Origin: Rhina ancylostomus
Lineage: Eukaryota
NCBI GenBank assembly: GCA_030265395.1
Contig: JARFYF010000055.1
Span: 22,895,445-22,959,444, forward strand
Reading direction: 5' to 3'
Length of the DNA stretch: 64,000 bases
Position numbers and translations under genes: made by a program. Shown here piece after piece: positions 26,541 through 40,030 of this stretch. Every line of letters starts with the position of its first letter. Within the stretch, counting starts at the first letter, position 1. The notes under the pieces are model-generated. The model made no database searches and was not told where the DNA came from. It saw nothing but the letters and a program-made list of their open reading frames with translations.

Positions 26541-27354
26541 TTGATTAAAGGGCTGCTTACTTTTGGGCAGCTTTCATCACAGAACTGCTGTCAGAGTAAA
26601 TTGTAAAATTCCTCCCAGAAAGCACGTTTGTCCTTGTGTTATTTTCATTTGCAGGACTCTATTATGGAGTTGATAAAATCTAAGTCTACCCCACACTCCC
26701 ATATCATCCCACCAATCCGACACCATCTTCTTCCCCCACCCTCCCAATATGCCCATCACTACCTCCTCCCCAAACTAGGGGTGCATTTGGCAATTCTGAG
26801 AAGTGTCCCAACTCCAGGCTGTAATATGCTCCAAATAGTAGAGCATTTCTCTGAGAACTGGTGCTGTTTCCATTGCCATCCACTTCCTACAGGTGTTTTC
26901 CACATCTCTGTCTTTTCAGAAAAACTCTGATCAGGTCAGTTGATGGCATCCCCAGGAAAAAATCCTCACCTCTTTACCGGAATTTAGTGAAAAGCCCTGC
27001 CCATAACTTTATTTGTTGAATAATAGAACAAATGTGCAAAAAGGCATGACCTCAACAATATTGCAAAGGATGACATTAATACATTGCTGATGGTGTTTAG
27101 CTTTCTGTTTGTTTTAGCTGGTGATACACCATCTGACTCTTGCCTTTCACTTGTTATTGTTAGTTACCACCATTATATCTACTGGTAGATTAGAGGTATT
27201 ATATAGAGTTATAGAGCAATACAACNNNNNNNNNNNNNNNNNNNNNNNNNNNNNNNNNNNNNNNNNNNNNNNNNNNNNNNNNNNNNNNNNNNNNNNNNNN
27301 NNNNNNNNNNNNNNNNNNNNNNNNNNNNNNNNNNNNNNNNNNNNNNNNNNNNNN

Positions 27355-27531
27355 GCCCACAACTTCCTAACCTGTACGTCTTTGGAATGTGGGAGGAAAC
27401 CGGAGCACCCAGAGGAAACCCACACAGACACGAGGAGAATGTTCAAACTCCTTACAGAGAGTGGCCAGAACTGAACCTGGGTCACTGGCACTGTAATAGT
27501 GTTACGCTAACCGCTACACTACCGTGCCTGC
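27355..27531 (-). mobile_element. tRNA-derived V-SINE, 5' half (same subfamily as 56618-56916)
   Basis: Reverse complement is highly similar to 56618-56795; the 3' part falls in an N-gap. Confidence 0.9.
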
Positions 27532-28407
27532 CCATAATGTTAGAATATGTTATATTTTTATAAGTATTTGAGCTCCTTAAATGATGGCAAAATATTCTTC
27601 AAGAAAAACATATAAATGTGATTTTAATTCAATAAAAATATATTCATTATTTTATATGAGTATCTTGATTGTTCCCAAAAGAGTAAGAGTGATGGTCAAG
27701 GTGGGACATGGAGGGGAACTTGGATTTTGTTCCCAGAATTTGGTTGCATCTCTCTTTGATGATGGACGTCAGAGAGTTGAGAGAAACTGCTGAAGTAATC
27801 TTGACAAATCAATGCCATGCATTCTGTGGAAAGTAAGCATTGTAGTGATGGAAAGAGTGGATACTGAGTTCAGTGGTAAGGCGCTGATTGCTTGCCAGAG
27901 TGGTCATGTGAGGTAAAACATGTAAATATTTTCCTTCAGAGCCACATTGCTGAGTATTGGTTTAAATATGTCAGACTCATTAAGAGTTGTTGAATATTTA
28001 ACAGGTGTTTTATAAACATTGGAAATAGCCCACTCATTGTAGGACCATAGTGTACAACGAACAACCATGCGGTGAGAATATGGCTGTACTATTAAAGTGA
28101 AACTGAGTAGGATGCAAGAGCCCAGAGATAGAGCAATGACGTTAGGGTTAGAAAGCAGTATAACGATAGAGAGGGTTGAAACTATGGAGGGGTTTAAATA
28201 TGGATGGAAATTTTAATTTTATCATGTTGGAGAACTGGGATTTATTGAGGATAAAGGACAATGGTTGATTGGGACATGTTGAAGCATAAGATAATTTTGA
28301 AAGCGCTGATGTCTCTGTAAGTTTGCAGGCTGCCTGTGAAACACCTAGTTGAGAAGCAATTATTAGGGAAGGCCATTCAGCCAGCTCCAGTCCATCCTGC
28401 CAGTAGA

Positions 28408-28795
28408 GTATTGGTATTGGTACTGGAATTTGTTTATTGTTGTCACTTGTACAGTGAAAAGCTTGTCTTGCATTCTGTTCATACAGATCAATTCATTACA
28501 CCATGCATTGAGGTAGTACAGGGTAAAGACAATAACAATACAGACTAAAGTGTCACAGCTACAGAGGAAGTGCAATGCAGGTAGCAAGGTCATAACGAGG
28601 TAAATTGTGAGATCAAGAATCCATCTCATTATATAAGGAAATCGTTCAACAGTGGGATAGAAGCTGTCCTTGAGCCTGGTGCTATGTGCCATCTGGCTCC
28701 CATATCTTCTGCCTGATGGGAGAGGAGAGGAGAGAGAATGACCTGGGTGGGTGGGGTCTTTGTTTGTGCTGGCTGCTTCACCAAGGCAGTGAGTG
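28408..28795 (-). mobile_element. Rex1/Babar LINE 3' end
   Basis: ORF remnant KDPTHPGHSLSSPLPSGRRY...TRLKDSFYP is typical of the Rex1 C-terminus; 3' UTR ends TTTTCACTGTACAAGTGACAACAATAAAC plus (ATACCA)n. Confidence 0.85.
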
Positions 28796-29029
28796 TTGCC
28801 CAATCCATCAGCTTTATGTGATTATTTTGGATTCCAGATGTTGTCAAATGTGTTTCTGATTAATAAATAAAAATAACTGGAAGGCATTATTTTAGGACAA
28901 GTGACCTCAGTGCTTCTCAATATTTACTTTGTTCTTTAATCTTCCTGTGTATTTGAATCCATAATTTCAGCTGAAACCACCCTTGTCTCAGCTCATCCGC
29001 CTTGGCCATTCCTTTGTTGTCTCTAGATC

Positions 29030-29540
29030 CCAAAGCATACTTGACAAGCTCCAAACTTGAGCACATCCAAAACTCTAACCTCCACCAACATTCATCCATG
29101 ACCCCCTCTGCGTGCTGACCTACACTGACTTTCAGTCAATTAATAGCTCCATTTGTAAATGGTCCTGCTTGTTTTTGATTCCAACCATGGCCTCACCCCC
29201 CTCTATCTCCACAGCCTGTTTCAGTCCCACAGTCTTCCATGATATTCACCATCCTCCTATGCATACTCATATCCATCCCTGTTTTCAATTGCTCTACCTG
29301 TGCCTTCAGCGACCTGGATCTGAGCTCTGGAATTCCCTCACAAAACATATCTATCCTCCTTATCTTCTCTAAGACACTTCCTTAAAAACTTCCCTTGACT
29401 AAGCTTTTCGTCCAATATAACCTTACGTGGACTGGTGTCAGATTTTGTTCAATAATCATGCTGTCAAGCAGCTTCTCATGTTTTAGCATGTGTAGGAATA
29501 TACAGCATGTGTTGTATAAATGCAGGATATTGTTGTCTGA
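29030..29540 (+). mobile_element. L2-type LINE 3' fragment
   Basis: GCTGACCTACACTG, CTCTGGAATTCCCT, TAAGAC..CTTAAAA blocks and a TATAAATGCA..TTGTTG terminus. Confidence 0.7.
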
Positions 29541-29939
29541 GTATGAAAACAGAGATTGTGAATGATTTTGTAATAGTATTAAGCACTGCTTCATTCACTG
29601 AACAGTTGTGGATATTGTTAAGTAAATAAATTCACAAGAATTATGCTTACTTGTTTAGTGTGAGTGTATGTACAGATTTTTCTGCTAATATTAATATCCA
29701 TCTAAAACACTGTTGCTCTCTTGTGACTCATCAGCAATTTATATAAGATGATACTGTCACAACTACCCCAACTGTCTAATCAGAGTGCCCAGCTTTATTT
29801 TGCATGTACTCAATGTTCATACTTCTAATATCTATTCAGCTGGATTATACTAATCATTGATTGCAAAGGCTTTTGCCCAAGTGTTTTAAACTGCACTTCT
29901 CATTCTTTGTTGTATATTTGGTTAGAACAAGAGAAATTT

Positions 29940-30305
29940 GAATCTATATTGCTCATTTAACAGTCGCAGAATGTCCTGAAATCTTTTACAATTAAGCTCT
30001 TCTGAAATTTCATCATTTTTGCAATGTAGTAACATACAACAAGTAATCTGTACACAACAAGGTTCCAAAATAGAAATAAGATAAACAAACAAATAATGTG
30101 TTTACTGGTTTTGGTAGAGGAATGGAATGCCATTGGCTCTTCTGTACCCTCCTAACTAAATATCTGGGATCTTGGTTTGGCACATTCAGAAATGCAACAC
30201 TCCCTCAGTTCTACAACGAGGTGCCAGCTTTGACTATATGTCTATCATGTAGAAGTTTGAACCAACAACCTTTGAGGCAAGAGTGTTACAAACTCAGCCA
30301 AAGAT
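29940..30305 (-). mobile_element. Deu-type SINE relic (SacSINE1-like)
   Basis: GCAACACTCCCTCAGT block and body similar to the copies at 36500 and 54560. Confidence 0.55.
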
Positions 30306-30569
30306 AACAAAACAAAAACACTTTATATATTGGAGGTTGTTAAATTAAGTGAAATTTCCCCCATTTTCCTGCAAAAGCAATATTAGTTTTGCAAGACTGC
30401 TTAATCCCCAGTTGTAGACACTATAGTAACATTTATACAAAGAGATTACAGGATTTTTGTGTTAGTGGCCATGGATCGATTTCCTGCCCAATACAGTGTT
30501 CGGACATACTGATTAAAGAGTCGTGGTTCAACGCCCTACCTCGGCTGAAATTCTTTTATCATGAGACTG

Positions 30570-30895
30570 TGTGGCACGGTTAGTGCTGCTGCCTCACAGC
30601 TCCAGTGACCTGAGTTCAATCTTGACCTTTTTTTTGCACACTCTTCCTGTGATCATGTGAGTTACCCCTGGATAGTTCTGATTTCCTCCACGTGACAAAA
30701 ATGAAAAATGTGCTGCATAGTAGGTTAACTGGCTGCTGTAAATTGCCCCAAATATAGGTGGAGGTGTGGGGGAGAGGTGCTGGAGAGCTGATGGGGATGT
30801 GAGTGGAAGAATAGGATCAGTATAGATGGAATGATTGATGGTTGACATGGTAACAGTGAGCTGCAGGACCTGTTTCAGGCTGTGTAACTCTATGA
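30570..30895 (+). mobile_element. HE1-like V-SINE with CR1-type tail
   Basis: tRNA-like head (GTGCTGCTGCCTCACAGC, B-box GAGTTCAATC), degenerate V-domain, GTAAATTGCCCC, tail CCTGTTTC..GCTGTGTAACTCTATG. Confidence 0.75.
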
Positions 30896-31247
30896 GCTGC
30901 CCCCATCATTGCCTGACAACACTTTGGTCCACACAACATTCATCTCCTGATTTCTTGACTCACCACTATCAGCTTACTTATTCACCAATAATTTTAGAAC
31001 TGGTGAACAAAGAGGAACAAAAATTACATGAATTAAAAATAAAAACAGGATTATTTCTTTAATGATGCAATGATTCCTTTTAGTTGGCCTGCTGTGGGAG
31101 GTGTCCTGGAGATTAATCTTCAATTCCTGGAACTTCCAGAGTGATGGTAGTTGAACAGATTAGTTGATTCCAAACAACTCAGGAGGTAGCAAATCATATT
31201 CAGATACGACGCTTCCTGCTGGTTAGCTATAGGGAAGATTATGGTGG

Positions 31248-31445
31248 CTCTGATGAAGGGTCTCTGTCACTCTCATTCTCTCCCTCTCTATTGCCCTAAC
31301 AGTGTCTTAAATACCACTATTGTATCTGCTTCTCAGCAGCATGTTCAAGGCACCTACCACTCTCCATGTAAAATACTTGCTCTTTCTCTTTCCACAGATG
31401 CTGCCTGGCCTCCTGAGATTTTTCAGCATGTTCTGTTTTTATTAT
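31248..31445 (+). mobile_element. Penelope-like relic, interrupted
   Basis: CTGATGAAGGGTCTC at 31250, then TTCCACAGATGCTGCCTGGCCTCCTGAG..CAGCATGTTCTGTTTTTATT at 31390-31445. Confidence 0.6.
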
Positions 31446-32039
31446 TGAAGACATGGTGGGTTCCACTCTTCACCGGCTTGCTCTGTTGGAAACCAAGCAA
31501 AGGAGGACCACGAGGGTAAGAAACTGGAAGGATGATAAATGTTGTTAAACTTTGCAACTTCCTTAGCGAAGGTGAAAAAGAATATTTGAGAATACAAACC
31601 TTTATCCCCGATGATTCCAGATACATCTTAGATATGTGAACTGATTAACGCTACACCAAAAGTAGTACCCTATAGGCAGAGTCAAGTAGGCTACAGCAGG
31701 GCTTAAATCCAATTAAATTCATGAATGGGGATGAATAATCAGAAGACTAACATCCCTGTCCCATGTGGAAGGGACAAGGCTAAAATATATCTTCATCCAA
31801 AACTAGTGTGTGAATAAACCTGCTTGGGGCTTTCTTGAGATCTACACCATCTAAGATGTCATATCCTACCAAATCAGTTCATTCCACTTGGCATTAAGAG
31901 GCAGCTGAATGCACGGAACATAGCTGAGGATGGCTGAAGATTTGTGTGCTAAAAATAGATATCTTTGAGAAGATAAGTGATTCAGCATTGCAAAAATGCA
32001 TTCACGCCAGGATCTGCCTGGTGACTGGGGCATCATCCA

Positions 32040-32255
32040 TTTACATTTTATGCAAACCATATGGTGGGTGCCTGGAATGCACTGCCAGGGATGGTTATGG
32101 AGGCAAATATGTTCAAGAGACTCTTAGATAGGCACATGAATGTGCAGAGAATGGAGGGATATGGACATTGTGTAGGGATTAGTTTAGTTAATTACTAGTT
32201 TAATTAGCTCGGCACAACAGCCTGTTCCAGTGCTGTACTGTTCTATGTTCTATGT
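32040..32255 (+). mobile_element. CR1/HER1-like LINE 3' end
   Basis: GGTGGGTGCCTGGAATGC..GGAGGGATATGG..CCTGTTCCAGTGCTGTACTGTTCTATGTTCTATG. Confidence 0.85.
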
Positions 32256-32444
32256 AAACAAAGCTGAACAAATCTAACCCTGCTAATCACTGCTCAATCA
32301 GCAACATCACTGAAGAAGTAATTAATAATAACATAGAGTGAAACCTACCAATAAAATGATGATTAACGCAGTTCTGATTCCAGAAGAACCCTTTACTTTC
32401 TCTTCTTGTCACAAACTCCAGAGCAAGTCCCAGTGATGAGACTT

Positions 32445-32855
32445 CTTGCAGTTCTGGTCGCCTCATTACCGGAAGGTTGTGGAGGCTTTGGAAAAGATGT
32501 AGAAAAGGTTTACCAGGATGCTGCCTGGATTAGAGGATATGAGCTATAAGGAGAGGTTAGACAAATTTAGGTTGATTTCTTTGGAGTGTCAGATGCTGAG
32601 GGCAGACCTGATAGAGGTTTATAAAATTATTTTTACAAAGGTGGTGGGTGCCTGGAACTGGAACCTGCTGCCAGGGAAGCAGGTACTATTGTGGTGTTTA
32701 AGAGGTTGTTAGATAGACACGTGAATATGCAGGGAATGGAGGGATATGGATCGTGTGCAGGCAGAAGAGATTTAATTTAATTTGGTATTATGTTCAGTGC
32801 AGACATTGTGGGCTGAATGGCCTGTTCCTGTGCTGTACTGTTCTATGTTTTATGT
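32445..32855 (+). mobile_element. CR1/HER1-like LINE 3' fragment, internally deleted
   Basis: MLPGLEDMSYKERLDK..RADLIEVYKI, then jumps near 32630 to the distal part relative to the 40215 copy; CTGTACTGTTCTATG tail. Confidence 0.9.
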
Positions 32856-33559
32856 TGTTTTAATAATTTTGACTGATTATGGCTTGTCAAGGATTTTCAA
32901 TGTTTCTGAATATCTATGATGTTCAAAATTAATAACTTTTAAAAACAAAATAAACAATTTTTAAAAATGAAGTTAACTAATCTGAAGGTATTTGAAACCT
33001 TAAAGTAATGTAAAATATGAGTGAAAACACAAATGATGAAAGAATTCTAAAGGTGTTCTTACATTTCTGACTGGCAGCCATCAAATTAACAATGGTGGGC
33101 TCTGTGCCTGATCTAACATGGGATCAGAAAGCAGATTCCTGAGTGTAAGGGCCAGGGAATCTTAGTGAGCTGCTTCTCCATATTTAACTCCACATTCTGT
33201 CCAGAGTGTAACTAGAGAGTTGCTGATAGAGTTCAGCCAGCAAGTATGGGACTTCTGTGTTCAGGCAGGAGTAGAAGTGCATGCATATCTATTGGCAAAA
33301 CCCAAACTGATGTGAATTGAATATTCGACAACAGGAGAACTACTTTTTTGCAGGGAGTACCAGCTTTACATCTAAACCACATCTGAGGGCCTTTCACAAG
33401 AAACATTTTGTAGTATGGGTAAGTAAATGTGATGTGTTTGATCCTTTGCATATTATTGCAATGTATGTACACAGTCTGAGAAGAACCTTGAAGATACTCA
33501 CCAAATACACAAACAAACCAACACTATAAGGAAAAGAAATGACTGGAATGATATGTTGA

Positions 33560-33915
33560 GTTGGTCAAAAGCATACACATGATGAATCCTATTATTGTGG
33601 TGCCCAGAGCAAATAAAACTTTGCAGTGACTATAATGTAAACCACAACCAAGCCATGGAATTGTGAATGATGAAAAATTCCCATTGGCCACATCACAAGA
33701 ACTGTACACCAAATTCAGCTGGAATGAGCTCTTTAACAAGTTAGATCTGCTACAAATTCGTGCAAAACTAAATATGTATAACAAAAACCAACACAGTCTA
33801 AGGATCAACACGCATAAGAGACTCTATTTTTGTACCTCTCGTGGTGTGAGGTCACCCCGAAAATGTTTCAGACCATTGTGGAAAAGATGCTCAAGTGAGT
33901 CCAGCTCCATGTAAT
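33560..33915 (+). mobile_element. Degenerate Gypsy-type LTR retrotransposon RT fragment
   Basis: PIIVVPRANK, then DEKFPLATSQELYTKF..FNKLDL..LRINTHKRLY..GV, matching the Gypsy RT pattern PIVVVxK..YPLP..EL..FSKLDL..INTHKGLY..FGV. Confidence 0.65.
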
Positions 33916-34092
33916 GAAGGTGATGGATTAATCATTGTTGCCACAGGGGAGGAAAATCTCTGAATACTTGAAGAAGTATTCAGGAGGCTTCACAAGCCCA
34001 GCAGTAAGCTCAGCAGAAGTAGATGCACCTCTGTGTAAAAATAATTGATCTGTTTTTGGCCTGAGGATGGTGCAAACAGCCTAAAATCAAGT

Positions 34093-34222
34093 AGCACGGT
34101 GGTGCAGCAGGTAGTGCTGGTGGTGCATAGTTCTAGCAGTCTGCGTTCAACCCTGACCTCAGGTTGTGTCGACTACACATTTTCCCTGTGATCACTTGGG
34201 TTTCCCCAGACACCCTAGCTTT
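34093..34222 (+). mobile_element. V-SINE 5' fragment
   Basis: GCACGGTGGTGCAGCAGGTAGTG head, GTTCAACCC B-box, TTTTCCCTGTG..GGGTTTCCCC. Confidence 0.6.
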
Positions 34223-34351
34223 ATCAAAAAAACCAATAAAATGTTCTTTTTTCTAAAACTCACCTGGTTGCTCTGCTGATCTGCACACTTTGTTTTGCTT
34301 TCTGGGCTCTTGTAGTGTTAATCAAAGATACCTTCCATAGAACCAGGTAGT

Positions 34352-34665
34352 TATAGATTCACAGAGTCATATAGCACGGAAACAGGTCTCTCGGCCTACT
34401 GAGTCCATATCAACTATCAACCACCCATTTACAACAATTCTCTACTGATCTCATTTGATCCTCCCCACTTTCTCATAAACTCCCCCAGATTCTACCTCTT
34501 ACCTACACACCAGGGAGAACTTACAGTGACCAATTAATTTCACAACCCACATGTCTGGGGCACCGGGAAGAAACCCACATGGTTAAATGGAGAAGATGCA
34601 AACTCCAGGAAGAGGTCGGAATCAAACCGGGATCACTGGAACTGTGGGGCAGCACCACTGTGCCA
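34352..34665 (-). mobile_element. HE1-like V-SINE with CR1-type tail
   Basis: Reverse-strand tail AGAGTCATATAGCACGGAAACAGG, GAAACCCACATGG V-domain, head ending CACCACTGTGCCA. Confidence 0.75.
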
Positions 34666-35899
34666 TCCTCTCTTAACTCTCAGATACCATTAATGATGAG
34701 GATTTGTTCAGTCCTGATCTCTCCAGCCATCAAAGGGTGGTGTAGACTTATCCTATCCATCAATTTTTTATGGCATTGTGGCTGTAATATGCTCTTTCAC
34801 AAGGGAAGAGCATATATTATGTGTTGCCATTGTGAACTCTGCTTCAATCGGGAATTTTGTTCCTGCTTCAGGCTAATTTATTTTGTAATATTCTTAAGGC
34901 TCACAATCAAACTCATTTTCTCAGCATTTTAGTTGGAAGAACTGTTACTTCTTCAGAACGAAGATAACATAAACCTCTCCTCTAATGTTTATCCCTTACC
35001 TCTGTCATATAAAGAATACTGCAATGAACCCAGTACATTTAGTCTCCAGTTTGATGTGTTAAGGTTTCAGTCATAAGCTAATTATTTTAGTCCATCTATG
35101 AAAAGCAGTTTACATTGTACATTTAAAAGTAATATAGAAAACCATTCCTACCAAAATGCAGTAGTGTTGTTTATTGAAGCACTGTTCCTGGAACANNNNN
35201 NNNNNNNNNNNNNNNNNNNNNNNNNNNNNNNTTTAAGTTATCTGATCAGAGCAGTGTGATGAATGCAACAATGAACTATCCCTTGACCTAGTTGTCAATA
35301 TAGCTCAATAGTTGAAGTGGCAGGATCTGTGTTGTTATTTGAGATGGACAGGTGATCTGTTTTCCTTTGCATTAAACTGGCTTCTGCAAGGGCACCTTTG
35401 AGAAATGACAGATGTCATTCCACATCAGGAAGCTACAATGTAATGCTGTCTAGTAAAGGCACAGCAGTGCATACTGCTGGTATAATGTGAGGTTCAGATG
35501 GCTGACGATAAGGTGTACAGTGATATTACAGGACAGACATCCCAACCTTTATTCATGTGAGATGCTGCACACGAGGAAAGCTACCCTTGATTTCCTGCTG
35601 GGTAACATAAAATTGTACAATGCTTTAATATGGGCAAAGATTCTGAGAAACAACTCTTATATTGCCACACCCATGAATCTGACTATAAGAAAATTACATT
35701 ACTTGATATTCAGGACCAATTCATTTTGTTATATTGAGGGTTTACTCTTCTCTTCTGAAAGTGCTGGGTCTTGCTGGATTATTTGGTCAGCCTTTGTCCA
35801 AATGGTGCAAGAATCTGTAAACTACTCAACATGGGCCAGGCCTTGAGCTCAGCTATGTTTTTTCCCAGTCATCCACAAGAGTGCAACTCAACAGAAATC

Positions 35900-35990
35900 A
35901 CAGCAGAGAAACCCAAATAGAAGCCCTGGCTTTTACTTTATCTTTTCTAGCCCAAGGGTATTGAAGCCAACTGGTCTGGTCCCAGCACTT
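35900..35990 (-). mobile_element. Ancient SINE-like fragment (AmnSINE2-type)
   Basis: GAAGCCCTGGCT..CTAGCCCAAGGGTATTGAAGCCAA matches the reverse of the recalled consensus. Confidence 0.35.
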
Positions 35991-36499
35991 CCCCATGAAG
36001 AAGGAAATAATGTTTTGAGCTCAGTTTTTCTTCACTAAGCATCGTTTCACACCTGGCCGATATGGAATTACCTAATGAAGAACATTTTATAGAGATTTGA
36101 CTAAAAAAAACAACTTTGAAAGAAAATCAGCAACTTGTATTTATGTTATAAACTTGATTTCAGATATAAATTATCTGATTTAAAATATAAATTCAGATAT
36201 AAACTTGATATAAATCTCAGAACACTCCAAAAGATTTTTTAACCAATCAAAGAGGTTGTCAAGTCTTGGTGTCATTTGCACCTCCTTGTTCTCTGGAAAG
36301 CAATTGTGTTACGCTCCCCTTAAGGTATCAGTTTTAGTTTTGTGTATACTTTAAGTAGAAACACCAAAGCAGGGTAAGCAAAGGTTGGAAGTGATGAGAC
36401 TGTTTAAAAAGCTGTCAATGAGTTGTATCTGAAGTTTGTGGTTGAGGTTTTATCATGTTACATGCTGATTTCTTTCTTTCCCCTAAATGCTGGGGCAGC

Positions 36500-36800
36500 A
36501 CAAGGCACTTTACTGCAATTAAGCACTTCTGAAGTTCAGTCATTTATGCAATGTAGGAAATTCATCAACTAACATCAAAATTATTGGACTATCTGTAATA
36601 GTGTTGTTAAATGGTGAAACCAAGAAGAATTCCCCTGCTCACCTTTCAATGGTGTCATGGGATCTTTAATGTCCAAGGCAGTGAGGGCCTTTGATTTATG
36701 TCTTATCTGCAAGGCACCAGCCACATCAGTGCAACAATCTCCCAGTACTGGACTGAAGTGTTAGCCTTGGTCTTGTGTCCAAGTCACTGGATCCACAGCC
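36500..36800 (-). mobile_element. Deu-type SINE relic
   Basis: GTCATGGGATCTTTAATGTCC..GTCTTATCTG..AGTGCAACAATCTCCCAGTACTG..GTGTTAGCCT, similar to 54770 and 55260-55335. Confidence 0.65.
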
Positions 36801-37924
36801 CAACAATTACTATCCCCGAACAACTGCTAAATATCCACAGACTGATCATAAGTCACAACTTAAGGGTTACCTTTGAGCTTTTATCCAGAAGGGAATAGGC
36901 ACTTTAAAGAAAAGAGATAATTTGGATATGGTGGCTAGTTGATCATGGAAAATAGTGATGGCTGTGATGGTGGAGGTGCTTGTGAGGGGTGAGGGAATCT
37001 TTTGGTGAAAATGGTGCTAACCTTAAATTACCAAGTGAATATATAAAAACTGACTTTGGTGCGTTTCAGTAAATGTCAGCTGAAATGGTGCCAAGCCTTT
37101 GACAGGGAGCGCATTGTTTTCTAATCACAGTGTCTCCTGATCATTTGAATGTCACTGATTCATACAGCCCAACACGTAGGGCCTTCAGCTGAAATGTGTT
37201 TCAAGAAAAGCCCAGTATAGAGCAACAATTCACAGAATGGCTAAAGGACATCTCTATAAAGCAATCAACCACAGAGGGCCTTCAACAGACTGAATGCTCT
37301 TTGTGCAGAGTGAGATGCCAGAGCCACTGGAGAACAGAATGGCAGGACAAATCATTTTATCTATGCAAATACAAGCACTGGCTGACTGGCTGAATATGTT
37401 AGTGTCCTCATTATGGAGATGGGGACTTGAGTCTTGACTTGTAGGCGGTGACAAGCCCATATGCTGCCTTTGTGTTTTCACTGATATTGTACGTGGAATA
37501 AGCTGACACATCACAAGAGATTTTCTCAGGTTCACAACAGACAAATAGCAAATTCATTTATTTTTTGCCGCACATAGCCAATGAAGTCTTGGTTGTCTGC
37601 TGCATTTTATAAAGTTCAATTTACCAAAGTTATTTTAAAATGATATAGAACATTCTTTAAAATTTCAACAAATTGGCTTTCTTTTACTGACGCAATGCAA
37701 AGTATTCTTCTGTGATCCTCTATGCTATGAATTTTATTTCATGAAATGCCTGCACCCCTTCCCTCCTTCCCCTCATCTCCCAATCCTGCACTAAATGCCT
37801 CTTGACTCATTATTATCCTTTCTTCAATCAGGATAGAAGAAAGCTCAAATGATGGGCCTCTTCACAGTCTTACCTACACTAATTTTACATTATGATTTAT
37901 AAGCTGGGATAAAGCTGCTTTAGA

Positions 37925-38085
37925 TGTGCAAAGTGGGGAAGAAATTAGGTTGGTTTCAGGTAGAAGAGTTCTGATTAATGTTCTTCAACCTGAAATATTA
38001 ACTGGTTTCATTTCCATAGATGTTGCCTGACCTCTGAGTTTTCCAGCATTTTCTGTTTTTATTTCAGATTTCCAGCATCTGCACT
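37925..38085. mobile_element. Penelope-like relic, partial inverted dimer
   Basis: TTTCAGGTAGAAGA / TCTTCAACCTGAAA inverted pair, then CCATAGATGTTGCCTGACC..CCAGCATTTTCTGTTTTTATTTCAGATTTCCAGCATCTGCA. Confidence 0.7.
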
Positions 38086-39829
38086 TTTTTTCAGTTTCAT
38101 CAACTGGCATTTTAAATATCTTTATTTATCAGTGAATGTTTCTACGTCACAGTATGTACGTTACTGCTNNNNNNNNNNNNNNNNNNNNNNNNNNNNNNNN
38201 NNNNNNNNNNNNNNNNNNNNNNNNNNNNNNNNNNNNNNNNNNNNNNNNNNNNNNNNNNNNNNNNNNNNNNNCTGATTGTCCTCAAGTTGAAAGTATTTCA
38301 CTGTTCCAATTCCAGCTTGTTAACTTACTCCATGAACCTCTCTTCACTCTGCCTGAATATAGCGTGATGCAGGTTTTAGAAAAACACTCTTCATTGAGCA
38401 ATTACGACATTTCCTATTCCACCTCAGCTAATCTTGTGTCTACACCACTTACCTGTCATTAAAACAAAATTATGGGCTTTGCCTTGGCCAGGACCTCGGG
38501 TAGAGACAGACCAATCTTGGCTGAAGGAATCTTCCAGCAGCAGACAGAAGAAACTTTCATTCCATNNNNNNNNNNCGTAGAAATGAAAGAGCAGTGTGTT
38601 ATCACACTGTGGAACCCTGTTTGCGTTGTCTTGATCATTCTGCAAAACAAGGCAGTAATCATCAAGGTTTTCCTTTCCAGCTCCTGATTAGTAGAAACTT
38701 CATGAGTTCCTTCTGTCAAAGTAATTGACTTGAACAAAGCAAGCATTTCACTTAAACCCAACCACGCCTAGAGTAAATTCACTGGCGCAGTGGATTTGTC
38801 CATTGGTTTCTCAAACTATTTTAGATATTTGGTATATTAAACACATTTCAAAACAGTCACCCTGGCAATGCTCAAATCAAGGTAATAATTTACAATGACA
38901 TCTGCTATGTGTGTCAACTTTTACTGCTGAGATCATTCTAGTCTTGCCAGGTGACTTGTAAACAACTTAATTTGTCGGATTTGAACTGGACAACATAAAG
39001 AAAATTGATTTTAAAGTTCCTGCAGATATGCATCACGTCAGTGAGGACATTCTCCATATGAATTGCCTCTGATCCCTTGGTGTGTGACACGCCACAGGGT
39101 ACATGTCAACTGTGAGTTAAGGTTTTGGTCTCCTATGTGACCTTTACAGACACCGGTGGCAGGGGAACTCCGGACAGCCATCTAATCAGCTATTGGTCCG
39201 CTGGGAAATGTAATGTGACCTGTAATGATTTATGTGATTCTCTTGCGATTGANNNNNNNNNNNNNNNNNNNNNNNNNNNNNNNNNNNNNNNNNNNNNNNN
39301 NNNNNNNNNNNNNNNNNNNNNNNNNNNNNNNNNNNNNNNNNNNNNNNNNNNNGCGATTGATGTGCTCTGTGCCTAGGGACAGATTAGACTGTTTAAATGG
39401 TGGTTTTGCCATTAGTTTAGGCACAGGTTAAAGGTGATCAATAACAAGGGCCGTGCATTCAATTGATCACTGTTCAGTCCCTGCTTCCTCCCATGGTGCC
39501 TTACAATTTCCTGACACATACCAATTAAAGTTCTAATGATTATTCTGATAATTAGCCAATAATTAATTGCCAAAGACATTGATCTGTAAACAAGATTAAT
39601 TGGTGTGTAATTTAGAATACCTTAAAATGTATGTACTTTCCAATGAAAACAACAGCAGAATAATTTTTACAGGTTTCAGGTTGTAGTGAATATATTTTCT
39701 ACCCTTTTTTACTTTATAACGTGGGAAGCAAGAATGCATGCTCCAGAAATAACAAATTTTAAAGAAGTAATTCCATATTAAAGCAACAACATAAAACCAT
39801 TCAACAGGGACAGCTTCCTTTGATAGAGT

Positions 39830-40030
39830 TCCTTTATCATTGTTAGACATATGTCCCAAATGCCTCAACAGAAGTATAATTATTAAATTGGACATTGAGT
39901 TAAAGAAGGGAATGGTGGGGGAAGTAACCGAAGGTTTGCTCAAACACGTGCATTTTAATAAACACTTTGAGGGAAAGAGGGATCTTTGAAGATTTGGGTG
40001 GAATTCTGGAGCCTGAGACCTGTGGGCCCC
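39830..40030 (-). mobile_element. L2-type LINE 3' fragment
   Basis: Reverse complement resembles 29300-29500 (GGAATTCTGGAGCCTGAG, ATTGGACATTGAG). Confidence 0.5.

Noticed and set aside
27197-27531. Apparent CR1-type tail on the V-SINE copy at 27355
   Set aside because: A 129-N gap separates head and tail, so linkage cannot be established.
39148-39165. CTCF-like GGTGGCAG
   Set aside because: The 5' half does not match the CTCF core.
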